The position numbers and the translations under genes are program-made. Source: a virus. From it: a DNA stretch of 48,550 nucleotides. The notes beneath the pieces were generated by a model. It was not told where the DNA came from. It saw only the letters and a list, made by a program, of their open reading frames with translations, and did no database searches. Below are positions 14,944 to 24,680 of this stretch, piece after piece. Location: IMG/VR virus record IMGVR_UViG_3300045988_097997. The stretch is one strand, 5' to 3'. Positions within the stretch are counted from its first letter, which is position 1, and each line of letters starts with the position of its first letter.

Positions 14944-15799
14944 CGACTTTGCTGTTTTCATCCTGACTCATGGCAGAGCTGATAACGTGGTTACGCTCAG
15001 GACCCTTGAGCGGCAGGGGTACAGCGGGCGGTGGTATCTGCTCATTGATGACGAGGATTCTATGGCCCCGACCTACTACGAGAAATTCGGCAGGGATCAC
15101 GTCATTACTTTCTGCAAGCAGGCTGCCTTGGACAGGGCTGACACCATGGACAATTTCAACGAGCATCGAGCTATCCTGTACGCCAGAAACGAGAGCTTCC
15201 GAATTGCGCGAGAGCTTGGCCTGACGTATTTTCTCCAGTTGGACGATGATTACTCCATTTTTATGCTCAGGTATCCTGACGGTAGTAAATTGGCCCACTT
15301 GACGCTCACGGGAAAAAACCTGGAGACGCTATTCGAGGCTATGATCGACTTTCTGGATTCCTCTGGGGCGCTGACCGTGGCGTTTGCCCAGGGTGGTGAC
15401 TACATTGGAGGCTTGGCCGGTGGAGCTTATGAGAAACGCTTGATGCGAAAAGCCATGAACACGTTTTTCTGCCGGACTGACCGCCCGATAGAGTTCCGAG
15501 GGACCATGAACGAGGATGTTACGGCATATACCACGCTGGGGAGCCGGGGGGACTTGTTCTTCACTGTCGCGGATGCCTGCATCGCTCAGTTGCAGACACA
15601 ATCTCTGAGCGGCGGCATGAGCGAGGCGTATTCTGAATCTGGGACCTACTTAAAAACTTTCTATTCGGTCATGTCTATGCCGTCCTGCATCAAGGTTAGC
15701 ATAATGGGAGAAAAACACAAACGAATCCATCACAGGATTAACTGGGAGTGCTGTGTCCCTAAAATCCTGGACGAAAAATACAGAAAGGACGTTGACTGA
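14915..15799 (+). CDS. GT-A-like (nucleotide-diphospho-sugar transferase-like) protein, tentative
   Basis: Overlaps the ParB stop. It has an N-terminal FAVFILTHGRADN strand-loop and an acidic LQLDDDY (DxD-like) motif. The coding call is solid; the function is inferred from motifs only. Confidence 0.45.
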   Translation: MRMGRAKVRDDFAVFILTHGRADNVVTLRTLERQGYSGRWYLLIDDEDSMAPTYYEKFGRDHVITFCKQAALDRADTMDNFNEHRAILYARNESFRIARELGLTYFLQLDDDYSIFMLRYPDGSKLAHLTLTGKNLETLFEAMIDFLDSSGALTVAFAQGGDYIGGLAGGAYEKRLMRKAMNTFFCRTDRPIEFRGTMNEDVTAYTTLGSRGDLFFTVADACIAQLQTQSLSGGMSEAYSESGTYLKTFYSVMSMPSCIKVSIMGEKHKRIHHRINWECCVPKILDEKYRKDVD

Positions 15800-16758
15800 T
15801 GCTAGGAATCACTGGTGATAAGATGCTGTCGCACATTGACAGGATCGTCGGAGACAACAGGCCAATAACAGCCGACGTGTTTCTGACCAACTACTGTAAC
15901 AACAGCTGCCCGTACTGCACATACCGTCGCTGGAACCTGGAGGACGGCGCGTACTCGATGGGCTATGACGAATTTGTCCTGTATGCTGAACGGCTGCTAT
16001 CGTTTGGAGTGCAGGGCATTATCCTGACCGGGGGCGGAGAACCTACCGTCTGCCGAGATTTCGAGAAGATCACGTCCTGGATGGAGTCACAGGGAATCCA
16101 CTACGGAATTAACACGAATTTTAATCGGATGGTCCGCATCAAACCTGACTATCTCAAGGTATCTTTGGACGGCTGGGACGAGGATAGCTACGCCGAGCGC
16201 CGGGGCGTCCGACATTACCAGCTGACACGAAAGAATATCCAGGCGTATGCAGCATGGAAGCGAGAGAATAGCCCCAGCACGTCCCTGGGCATCCAGTGTG
16301 TGGTCAAATCTGTGGAAGATGTGGAAAAATTCTTTTCTGCCAACAGGGATTTGGACGTTGACTACATCGTTTTCAGGCCGGAAGAAAGCACCGGTGGGAA
16401 AGCCTATGCTGGGGAATCTGCGAGAGCTTCTGCTGCTGAGATTATTCAGGCGGTGAATAAACTTGCAGAGACAGACGACCGTGTGGTGTGCAACTTCAAG
16501 TGGAACTTGCTGGGCGTCCAGGAGCGTGATTGCGTGGCTGCCTGGTCCCAGATTGCCGTGAATGAGCGCGGCGGCATTATGTTCTGCTGCCACAAGCCGT
16601 ACCAAGTCCTTGGCCACATCATGGACGAGGATATTCTGGAGAAAAAGGCGGCTGCTGTGACGGATATGCGAACCTGTGACATTCCGTGCAGGCTGACAGC
16701 ACCAAACGCTTTCGTAGCCAGCACAATGGCCGAGAGAAAGGACGCTTGTTTTTTATGA
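15799..16758 (+). CDS. Radical SAM enzyme with a SPASM/twitch-like C-terminal Cys motif
   Basis: C33-x3-C37-x2-C40 (FLTNYCNNSCPYCTY), a GGGEPT SAM-binding motif, and C-terminal C-x12-G-x4-CC ... LGHI ... C-x3-C. The start overlaps the upstream stop (TGATG). Confidence 0.8.
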   Translation: MLGITGDKMLSHIDRIVGDNRPITADVFLTNYCNNSCPYCTYRRWNLEDGAYSMGYDEFVLYAERLLSFGVQGIILTGGGEPTVCRDFEKITSWMESQGIHYGINTNFNRMVRIKPDYLKVSLDGWDEDSYAERRGVRHYQLTRKNIQAYAAWKRENSPSTSLGIQCVVKSVEDVEKFFSANRDLDVDYIVFRPEESTGGKAYAGESARASAAEIIQAVNKLAETDDRVVCNFKWNLLGVQERDCVAAWSQIAVNERGGIMFCCHKPYQVLGHIMDEDILEKKAAAVTDMRTCDIPCRLTAPNAFVASTMAERKDACFL

Positions 16759-16778
16759 TCTAAAGGCGGGGTGATCTT

Positions 16779-17339
16779 ATGGCAGAACAGAGCAACTTAC
16801 AACCGACGACTGTGATAGCCCAGATCTTCGGCGTGTCTACCCGGCGGGTGGAGCAGCTAAAGGCCGAGGGCATCATCAAGGGCCACGGGAAACCGACAAA
16901 GTATGACCTGCTGCCTACGATCAAGGCGTACATATCCTACCTATCAGACAAGGCGTATGGGCGGGAGAAGAAGCAGACCGACGCACAGCTGGCAACAGCG
17001 AAGCTGGAGGCTGAGAAGAGAATCAAAGTCGCCAAGGCTGAAATGGCCGAGCTGGAGCTACGAGAGCTGAAAGGTGAGCTGCACCGGGCGTCCGATGTTG
17101 AGGCTATCACTACGGACCACGTCATGTTCCTGCGCTCCATGCTCATGGCACTGCCAGGGAAAGTGGCCGTCGATATGGCTGCGATACAGTCCGCGCCGGA
17201 GGCTGCGGAACGCATGAAACAGGAGGTATACAACATCCTGGGGCGGCTGGCCTCATATCGGTATGACCCTGGCGAATACAAAGATCGAGTGATGGAAAGG
17301 CAGGGTTGGAATGAACGACAAGGAGACGACGACGACTAA
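16779..17339 (+). CDS. Terminase small subunit (Nu1-like wHTH N-terminus)
   Basis: TTVIAQIFGVSTRRVEQLKAEGII...KYDLL..IKAYI.YL, then a coiled coil. Immediately upstream of, and overlapping, the GpA-type large subunit. Confidence 0.75.
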   Translation: MAEQSNLQPTTVIAQIFGVSTRRVEQLKAEGIIKGHGKPTKYDLLPTIKAYISYLSDKAYGREKKQTDAQLATAKLEAEKRIKVAKAEMAELELRELKGELHRASDVEAITTDHVMFLRSMLMALPGKVAVDMAAIQSAPEAAERMKQEVYNILGRLASYRYDPGEYKDRVMERQGWNERQGDDDD

Positions 17340-19257
17340 AAAGCGCCGTATGCGTTCCGTTGATCGGACCTTTGCCCGTTCCTTTGCAAACTATACGCCC
17401 CCTGCTGATCTTACCGTTTCCGAGTGGGCTGAGGCCCACAGGGTATTGTCCAGGGAGAACAGCGCCGAGGCTGGCCCGTGGCGCAATGCCCGAACCCCGT
17501 ACCTGGTGGAGATCATGGACGCCTTTACCGACCCGAAGGTGGACAAAATAAGCCTGGTTGCATCGTCCCAGGTCGGCAAGTCCGAACTGGAGCTTAATAT
17601 CATCGGGTATATCATCGACCAGGACCCTGGCTCGATTCTGTATATCCAGCCTACCGTTGACGACGCAAAGAAATTTTCGCGGCTGCGTATCGCGCCGATG
17701 ATCCGGGATAGCCTGACGCTACGGCAGAAGGTTGCGGACGTCAAAAGCCGGGACAGCGGTAACACCATGCTGCAAAAGTCTTTCCCTGGCGGGATGCTTA
17801 CCATCGTAGGCTCCAACAGCGCCAGCGGCCTGGCATCTACCCCGGCAAAATATGTCCTGGGCGACGAGCGCGACCGGTGGGCCTTATCGGCTGGAACTGA
17901 GGGCGACCCCTGGGCGCTGGCTGAGGCCCGGACGACGACGTTTTACAACTCAAAGATGGTGGATGTATCCACCCCGACCGACAAGGAAACCAGCCCCATT
18001 GCCAAGTCCTTCAACGAGGGGACAAGGGAACGTTGGTGCCATAAATGCCCGCACTGCGGGGAGTATTCCAATATCGTTTTCGACAACATCAAATTCGATT
18101 TTGAGACCGTCGGAAGCGGCAGGAAGAAAGATTACATCATAAATTCTGTTTCGTGGAGCTGCCCGGAGTGCGGTTGCCTCTCCACCGAGGAAGAAATGCG
18201 TAGGCAGCCCGCAGAGTGGATTGCTGAGAACCCCGAAGCCTACGCCAAGGGGCACCGGTCATTTTGGCTGAACGCTTTTTCATCCCCGTGGCAGGCGTGG
18301 TCAAAGGTGGTCTACTCGTTCCTGATAGCCCGGAAGGACCCGCAGCGACTCAAAGTCGTGTACAACACGATGCTGGGCGAACTGTGGGAGGATCGCGGCG
18401 ACCTGGAGGACGAGGACACCATGCTTGGCCGCCGGGAGGACTACGGCCACAGAGAGGATGGAACACCGGTTGAGCTGCCCGAGGGCGTCCTGGCCCTGAC
18501 GTGTGGCGTGGATACTCAGGACGACCGTCTGGAGTACGAGGTCTTGGGGCATGGTCACTACGGCGAGACCTGGGGCATCAAGAAGGGCATAATCATGGGT
18601 GATCCTGCTTACGATGAACCATGGAAGCGGCTGGACGACGTGCTGGAGCACGTTTACCGGTTCCGGGATGGTAAGGGGCTGACCATAGCCCGAACGTTCG
18701 TAGACAGCGGCGGGCACAAGACACAGCACGTCTATACTCAATGCAGGGCGCGGCTGAATAGGCGCGTTTTTGCGATAAAAGGCCAGGGCGGGGACGGGAT
18801 ACCGTTCACCAAGCCGCCGAGCAAAGTCAAGATCGTAGTCAACGGCAGGGCGATGGGTCAAACGTGGCTCTATTCCCTTGGCGTTGACGCAGGCAAGGCG
18901 GACATATTCGCCGCCTTGAAGGTACAAGAAGCCGGTCCGAAGTTCTGTCACTTCCCGAAGGGGGAGGAACGGGGCTACGACATGGCTTTTTTTAATGGGC
19001 TTTTGTCTGAAAAGCTGGTAATGAGGTCTGATCGAGGCCGGACACGCTGGGCGTGGGTGAAGCTGCCGGGGCACGAACGAAACGAGGCCCTGGACTGCCG
19101 AAACTATGCCCTGGCCGCATTCCGTTCTTGGGACCCTGATCTTGACGCCGTGGAGCGCAGGCTTCGTGGTGCTGGAGATGATGCAGTGGAAGCAAAACAA
19201 AGGACGCGGCGGCGCGGCGTGGTGAAACGTAGGACGACCGCCGGTGACGATTGGTAG
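17311..19257 (+). CDS. Terminase large subunit, lambda GpA family
   Basis: LTVSEWAE..RVLS.E.SAE.GPWRN.RTPYL.EIMDA and VASSQVGKSE (Walker A-like). It contains a CPHCGE...CPECG zinc motif. 648 aa. Confidence 0.92.
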   Translation: MNDKETTTTKKRRMRSVDRTFARSFANYTPPADLTVSEWAEAHRVLSRENSAEAGPWRNARTPYLVEIMDAFTDPKVDKISLVASSQVGKSELELNIIGYIIDQDPGSILYIQPTVDDAKKFSRLRIAPMIRDSLTLRQKVADVKSRDSGNTMLQKSFPGGMLTIVGSNSASGLASTPAKYVLGDERDRWALSAGTEGDPWALAEARTTTFYNSKMVDVSTPTDKETSPIAKSFNEGTRERWCHKCPHCGEYSNIVFDNIKFDFETVGSGRKKDYIINSVSWSCPECGCLSTEEEMRRQPAEWIAENPEAYAKGHRSFWLNAFSSPWQAWSKVVYSFLIARKDPQRLKVVYNTMLGELWEDRGDLEDEDTMLGRREDYGHREDGTPVELPEGVLALTCGVDTQDDRLEYEVLGHGHYGETWGIKKGIIMGDPAYDEPWKRLDDVLEHVYRFRDGKGLTIARTFVDSGGHKTQHVYTQCRARLNRRVFAIKGQGGDGIPFTKPPSKVKIVVNGRAMGQTWLYSLGVDAGKADIFAALKVQEAGPKFCHFPKGEERGYDMAFFNGLLSEKLVMRSDRGRTRWAWVKLPGHERNEALDCRNYALAAFRSWDPDLDAVERRLRGAGDDAVEAKQRTRRRGVVKRRTTAGDDW

Positions 19258-19268
19258 GAGGTTTGCAC

Positions 19269-19526
19269 ATGGCAAGTAGAACGGTGCTGGAGCTACGGCT
19301 TGAGCGGAAGAAAGAGGCCCTTGCTGCTGCTGAGGAAGCGTACATTGCACTGCTGAAAGGCCAGGTCAAGGCATACGCAATCGGGAGCCGGAACCTGACA
19401 CGCTTTGATCTTCCGCAGCTGGAGGACACCATTGCGAAGCTGGAAAAAGAGATCGACGAGCTGGAATCACAGCTCAACGGAGGACGCCGCCGAAAGGCTG
19501 TGTCCGTTATCCCCCGTGACTGGTGA
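19269..19526 (+). CDS. gpW-like head-tail joining protein
   Basis: Trimmed to the ATG after a GGAGG RBS. The small helical protein ends in ...KAVSVIPRDW and lies between terL and the portal gene, as in lambda. Confidence 0.6.
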   Translation: MASRTVLELRLERKKEALAAAEEAYIALLKGQVKAYAIGSRNLTRFDLPQLEDTIAKLEKEIDELESQLNGGRRRKAVSVIPRDW

Positions 19527-19591
19527 TTTTTCATCGGTTATCAGCCCGCGCAAGCTGGCTTTTAACATAAAAACGAAGGAAGGAGGAAGCA

Positions 19592-21211
19592 ATGGGAACA
19601 CAAGTCAAACCTAAAAGCGCCGCAAACTCTCGTGTGGTTATGAAGGGTTATTCACAAGCCGGGGCCAGCTACACCAAAAAGGCTCTTAAAGGGTTCCGAG
19701 TCTCCAGCGGAGCGCCGTCTGAGGACATTGACCAGAACAATTACACCCTGCGTCAGCGGTCCCGGATGCTGTACATGGGGGCACCGGTTGCAACGGCAGC
19801 CCTGAAACGGCAGCGGACGAACATCGTTGGTTCCGGCCTGTGGCTGAAAAGCACCATCGACCGGGATACCCTGGGCATGACCAAGGAGCAGGCGGAAGCG
19901 TGGCAGCGCAAGACGCAGGCCGAGTTTGCTCTGTGGGCAGAACGGAAACAAACCTGTGACGCCACCGGCCTGAACAATTTCTACGGGATGCAGCAGCTTG
20001 TTGCGCTGTCGTGGCCCATGAGCGGCGACGTGTTTGCTCTGGTCAAGCGGGCCGAGGTGACGCCTCTTGCCCCGTATTCCCTGCGCCTGCATCTGATCGA
20101 GGCGGATAGAGTGCGAACGCCTGCGGCCAGCGGGGGCATCTTCGCAGCCAACCAGACGAAGGGGAAGAATCCGGCGAACGGAAACACCATCTACGACGGT
20201 GTGGAGGTGGACCGGAACGGGGCTATTGTGGCCTATCATATCGCCAATACCTATCCGTACCAGTACGACGGGACCCCGACAGAGTTTGTCCGGGTGGAGG
20301 CTTACGGGGCCGGGACCAGCCTACCGAACGTCCTGCAAGTCATGGACTCTGAACGTCCTGACCAGTATCGGGGCGTCCCGTACCTGGCCCAGGTGATTGA
20401 GCCTTTGTTGCAGCTGCGGAGATACACCGAGGCTGAGATCATGGCCGCCGTTGTGCAGAGCTTTTTCACGGCTTTCGTGAAAACTGAGGCCGGGGCCGAT
20501 GATATGCCATTCAATGAGCCTATCAGCGCGGACCAGGACGAGGTGAGCAAGGACCCGAACGAGTATGAGCTGGGGCCTGGGGCCATGAACATCATGGAAC
20601 CTGGGGAGGACATCACGTTTGCGAGTCCGACCCACCCGAACACCGGCTTTGATACGTTCGTTCGCGCCATTGTGGAGCAGGTGGGGGCCTCTCTGGAGAT
20701 CCCTGCCGACCTCATGATGATGTCATTCAGTTCTAGCTATTCGGCCAGCCGTGCGGCCCTGCTGGAGGCCTGGAAGGGCTTCAAAATGCGCCGGGAGTGG
20801 TTGGCAGATGATTTTTGCCGCCCAGTCTACGAGCTGTGGCTGACCGAGGCCGTAGCCCGTGGGCGTATCTCTGCCCCCGGATTTCTGACAGACCCCATCA
20901 TCCGGCAGGCGTACCTGGGCAGCGAATGGATCGGGCCGTCTCAGGGACAACTTGACCCGACGAAGGAAGTCTCTGCCGCCGTCACTGCCGTTGAGAACGG
21001 ATTCTCAACCCGCGAGGCTGAGTCCATCAAGTTGAACGGCAGCGAGTACAGCCGGAACGTGGACAAACTGACCACGGAAAATGAGCAGCTGAGGGCGGCG
21101 ACCGGCGGGAACGCACAACCAGCACAGGCGGCCCCTGTGGAGCCGGTAGGACCGCTCGACGACAACGAAGGAATGGAGGGACAAAATAATGGGGAAAACG
21201 ATCCCGTTTAA
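19592..21211 (+). CDS. Portal protein, lambda family
   Basis: LRQRSRMLYMG.PVA.AALKR...NIVGSGL pattern. Size and position match lambda gpB-type portals. Confidence 0.88.
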   Translation: MGTQVKPKSAANSRVVMKGYSQAGASYTKKALKGFRVSSGAPSEDIDQNNYTLRQRSRMLYMGAPVATAALKRQRTNIVGSGLWLKSTIDRDTLGMTKEQAEAWQRKTQAEFALWAERKQTCDATGLNNFYGMQQLVALSWPMSGDVFALVKRAEVTPLAPYSLRLHLIEADRVRTPAASGGIFAANQTKGKNPANGNTIYDGVEVDRNGAIVAYHIANTYPYQYDGTPTEFVRVEAYGAGTSLPNVLQVMDSERPDQYRGVPYLAQVIEPLLQLRRYTEAEIMAAVVQSFFTAFVKTEAGADDMPFNEPISADQDEVSKDPNEYELGPGAMNIMEPGEDITFASPTHPNTGFDTFVRAIVEQVGASLEIPADLMMMSFSSSYSASRAALLEAWKGFKMRREWLADDFCRPVYELWLTEAVARGRISAPGFLTDPIIRQAYLGSEWIGPSQGQLDPTKEVSAAVTAVENGFSTREAESIKLNGSEYSRNVDKLTTENEQLRAATGGNAQPAQAAPVEPVGPLDDNEGMEGQNNGENDPV

Positions 21212-22406
21212 GCCGTACACCATCAACATGGTGGGCGAGAACGACGCCGAGATCAACATGTACGGGGAGGTTGTCGAGCAGCACCCCACGGACTGGTGGA
21301 GCGGCGAACCTGTCCCCGGCAATTTCATTGCCCTGGACGATTTTCTGAACGACTTGGATGAGCTGGGGAGCAAGGACAACATCACCATCCACATCAACAG
21401 CGTGGGCGGCAGCCTGTACGCTGGCCTGGCGATCTACAACCGGCTGCGGTCCATCTCTGCCAACGTGATTACCGTCAACGATGCCCTGGCCGCGTCTGCT
21501 GCAAGCATCATCTTCCAGGCCGGTAACACCCGGAAGGTCCACGCCGGGAGCAATCTCATGATTCATGGGGCCGCTGGTTTCCTGTATGGCTATTACCAGG
21601 TCCCGGACCTGAAAGACGCCATCAAAGGGCTTGAGTCCGCAAACAAAACCGCTGCTGCTGCCTATGCGCAAGCCACCGGGAAAGACGCGGCCAGTGTGAA
21701 AAGCATGATGGACAAAGAAACCTGGATGACCGGCCAGGAGGCCGTTGACGCTGGTTTCGCGGATGAGGTCATCGACGGGGAGTCTGAAATCAGCATGAGC
21801 TTGTCCCCTGACAAGCGTTTCATCGTGTCAAATGGTGTGGCGATGTCCACCCATGGCATGGGAGTATACCCGACAGGAATTAAGACTATGACGGCGGCGC
21901 AGGCCGCTATTTTTGTGGGCAAAAACGCCCCAGAACCTAGTGTGCAGCCTGCCCAGCAGGTCACAAATAAAAAAATCGGAGGTACCAACATGGACAAGAT
22001 CACCACCATGGAGGCCCTGCGCGACGCATACCCCGACCTGGTGTCCCAGGTTGAGGCCGCCGCCAAGGCATCCGAGAAGGCCGACGGCATCAAGGCCGAA
22101 CGCGCCCGTATCCAGGGCATTGAGGCTATCGAGGCCGCCATTGGCGACAAGGAGATGGTCCGGGAGGCCAAGTACGGCGAGACTCCCCTGACCGCTGAGC
22201 AGCTGGCATTCAAGGCTATGCAGGCCCAGGCTGCCATCGGCGCAACCGTCGTCAAGAACCTGGAGGACGACGCGGCAAAGTCCGGCGCTGCTGGTGTGGC
22301 TGCTGATCCTGCGGGCAGCGATCCCAAGACCAAAGAAGAGGATGAGGAAGCGCAGGCCGTCAACCTGATTGCCGGTTTCCGTCCCAAGAACAAGAAGGAG
22401 GGCTAA
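21189..22406 (+). CDS. ClpP-like head maturation protease fused to a scaffold-like C-terminal region
   Basis: INSVGGSLYAGLAIYNRLRS...ALAASAASIIFQAG...MIHGA is a ClpP/S14 core. The Ala/Glu-rich helical C-terminus is scaffold-like. Confidence 0.85.
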   Translation: MGKTIPFKPYTINMVGENDAEINMYGEVVEQHPTDWWSGEPVPGNFIALDDFLNDLDELGSKDNITIHINSVGGSLYAGLAIYNRLRSISANVITVNDALAASAASIIFQAGNTRKVHAGSNLMIHGAAGFLYGYYQVPDLKDAIKGLESANKTAAAAYAQATGKDAASVKSMMDKETWMTGQEAVDAGFADEVIDGESEISMSLSPDKRFIVSNGVAMSTHGMGVYPTGIKTMTAAQAAIFVGKNAPEPSVQPAQQVTNKKIGGTNMDKITTMEALRDAYPDLVSQVEAAAKASEKADGIKAERARIQGIEAIEAAIGDKEMVREAKYGETPLTAEQLAFKAMQAQAAIGATVVKNLEDDAAKSGAAGVAADPAGSDPKTKEEDEEAQAVNLIAGFRPKNKKEG

Positions 22407-22409
22407 ACA

Positions 22410-22802
22410 ATGGCTAACTACGAAGCAATGGGCGAGATGAAATACGCCAACATCTGGAACAGCGCAGACGTGCCTATCATCACCGGCCTGCGTACTATCC
22501 GCAAGCTGTCTGCTGCCGCCACTTACAAGGCCGGTACTGCGCTGGCACTGTCCGGCGGCACCGCAGGCGACGGCAAACTGGTGATCCTGGGCACCGCAGC
22601 CGAATCCAACGAGACCCTGACCGCCAACTGCATCCTGGCTGAGGACGTGGAGATCGGCACCGACGCAGACGTGCAGGCGCTTGTTTTCCTGTCCGGCCAT
22701 GCCAACGCCAACAAACTGACTGTCGCATCCAGCCACACTATCACCGCCGCAGAGATCGAGGCTTTCCGCGCTGCCGGAATCTATCTCGAAAATGCAATGT
22801 AA
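22410..22802 (+). CDS. Head decoration protein (gpD-like)
   Basis: 130 aa between the protease and the major capsid gene. The G/A/T-rich beta-type sequence (AGTALALSGGTAGDGKLV...) resembles the HDPD family. Confidence 0.6.
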   Translation: MANYEAMGEMKYANIWNSADVPIITGLRTIRKLSAAATYKAGTALALSGGTAGDGKLVILGTAAESNETLTANCILAEDVEIGTDADVQALVFLSGHANANKLTVASSHTITAAEIEAFRAAGIYLENAM

Positions 22803-22815
22803 GGAGGGCTAAACA

Positions 22816-23889
22816 ATGGCATTTGACCTGTATAAAACCAAGACCATGCTGGCTGCCGTCGAGCAGATGGAGCCTGTCCATTCTTTCCTGCGTGACCGCT
22901 ACTTTCCCACCGGTGCGGGCGACCTGTTCCCCACCGACGAAGTGCTGATCGAGTACCGAGATGGCACCAACAGAGCTATGGCCCCTGTGGTCGTTGACGG
23001 GCACGACGGTATCACCGTTGGCCGCAACGGTTACAAGACTTTCCGCATGGAGCCGCCCCTTGTGGCACCCAAGCGCCACCTGTCCGAGGACGACCTGCGT
23101 AAGAAGGGCTTTGGCGAAGAGCTGTTTTCCACCATCACCCCTGAGCAGCGGCAGGCTCAGCTGCTGGCAAAGGACCTGACCGAGCTGGATGAGCTGCACA
23201 CCAACCGTGAGGAATACATCGCCGCCAAGTGCATCTTCGAGAACGGCTACACCCTGAACCAGTGGGCCGACGAGTACGGCACCACTGGCAAGTCCAAGGC
23301 ATACGTCATGAAGTTCTACACCGAGGGCACCAACCCCGCCACCTACACCCCCGGCACCAAGTGGGACGCTACCGGGTCCGACAAAATGGCCGACCTGCTG
23401 ACCATGGCCCGCCAGCTGACTACCGCAGGGAACGCGGCAACCGATGTGCTGCTGGGTTTTGACGCTGCCGACGCGCTGATGAACGACGCGACCATCCAGA
23501 AACTGATGGACCTGAACCGTTACGACGCCGGTCAGATCGCGCCTCAGCTGATGCAGGACGGTGCTGCCCTGCTGGGCATCCTGAACGTCCGGGGTCATCG
23601 TCTGAACCTGATCACCTATGACGGCACCTACAAGGACGAGACTACCGGCACCGTCACTGCCTACATCCCTGCAAAGTCCATCTGCGTGACCGCCCCCGGC
23701 GCTGGCCGTGCCCTGTATGGCTGCGTCACCCAGACCGAGCAGGCTGACGGTGCTTTCCATTCCTACATGGGCCGTCGTGTGCCCCGTTACTGGTCCGACA
23801 AGAAGGGCCGCGAGCTGCGGCTGGCTTCCAAGCCCCTGCTGGTGCCCCGTACCAAGAACCCCTTCATCTCTGCAACCGTGCTGGACTGA
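22816..23889 (+). CDS. Major capsid protein, lambda gpE family
   Basis: MAFDLYKTKTMLAAVEQMEPVHSFLRDRYFP......FPTDEVLIEY is a typical Phage_cap_E N-terminus. 357 aa. Confidence 0.88.
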   Translation: MAFDLYKTKTMLAAVEQMEPVHSFLRDRYFPTGAGDLFPTDEVLIEYRDGTNRAMAPVVVDGHDGITVGRNGYKTFRMEPPLVAPKRHLSEDDLRKKGFGEELFSTITPEQRQAQLLAKDLTELDELHTNREEYIAAKCIFENGYTLNQWADEYGTTGKSKAYVMKFYTEGTNPATYTPGTKWDATGSDKMADLLTMARQLTTAGNAATDVLLGFDAADALMNDATIQKLMDLNRYDAGQIAPQLMQDGAALLGILNVRGHRLNLITYDGTYKDETTGTVTAYIPAKSICVTAPGAGRALYGCVTQTEQADGAFHSYMGRRVPRYWSDKKGRELRLASKPLLVPRTKNPFISATVLD

Positions 23890-23911
23890 GGGACGAAAGG
23901 AGCAAAAACAC

Positions 23912-24352
23912 ATGATTAAGATCGTCTGTGGTGTATACGGCCACTACATCGACGGCAGAGTCGTTGCCAAGAACAGCGAGTCCGAGCCGTTTTCTCTGAC
24001 TCCCCGGCAGGAGGCGGAGCTTGTGGCAAAGGGCGTCGCGGCGTTCGTGGATGAGGTCGCAGAGGTCTCCCATACGGAGGCCTCTGCGCCTGTCGGCTTT
24101 GATGAGATGCCAGAGTTACCGGAGGGAGTCACTGCTATTCCCGATTACAGCATCGACTCCAAGGCCGATGAACTGAGAAAGATCGGGAAACTCTGCGGCC
24201 TGACCTTCAAGGTCGGCATGAGCAAGGCCGAAATGGTGGAAGCCCTGGACGGCTTTTTTGCTGAACATCTCATCGACGAAGACGACGCCGAGGATGCAGA
24301 GGACGACGGCATGGACCTGCCCGACTTTGATCCCGCCGAGGCGGTGGAGTAA
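23912..24352 (+). CDS. Hypothetical head-associated protein with a Rho-N/SAP-like helix pair and an acidic tail
   Basis: Trimmed to the ATG after an AGGAG RBS. ADELRKIGKLCGLTFKVGMSKAEMVEALDGFF resembles HeH/Rho_N motifs. Confidence 0.5.
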   Translation: MIKIVCGVYGHYIDGRVVAKNSESEPFSLTPRQEAELVAKGVAAFVDEVAEVSHTEASAPVGFDEMPELPEGVTAIPDYSIDSKADELRKIGKLCGLTFKVGMSKAEMVEALDGFFAEHLIDEDDAEDAEDDGMDLPDFDPAEAVE

Positions 24353-24666
24353 TGGGTTTCAAAGATGCTGTTTCTGCCGACAGGGGCGTTTTTTTGGACC
24401 TTGAGTTTTTCGGCGAGAATGTGACCGTAGAGGGCAAGGAGATCCCCATTGTCGTAGACAACGACCAGCTGAAAACCCGCCAGGGAAGCCAGGAGCTTGC
24501 CATTGCTGAAAGTGCTACGCAGTTCTATGCACGGACTGAGGACCTGCCCAAGGGCCTTGCCCCAGGCAGCAGCCTGAACATCAATGGGCGGGAGTGCCTG
24601 GTTGATGATTACAGCGAGGCAATGGGAGTCTCGACGGTTGTCCTGAGAGAAGCCATAGCAGTGTAA
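24352..24666 (+). CDS. Head-tail attachment protein (gpFII-like), tentative
   Basis: 104 aa. The position and the overall pattern (FLDLEFFGE...V.V.GKEI..., ...INGRECLVDDY...) resemble head-tail joining proteins. Confidence 0.4.
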   Translation: MGFKDAVSADRGVFLDLEFFGENVTVEGKEIPIVVDNDQLKTRQGSQELAIAESATQFYARTEDLPKGLAPGSSLNINGRECLVDDYSEAMGVSTVVLREAIAV

Positions 24667-24680
24667 GGGAGGCGAGCAGA

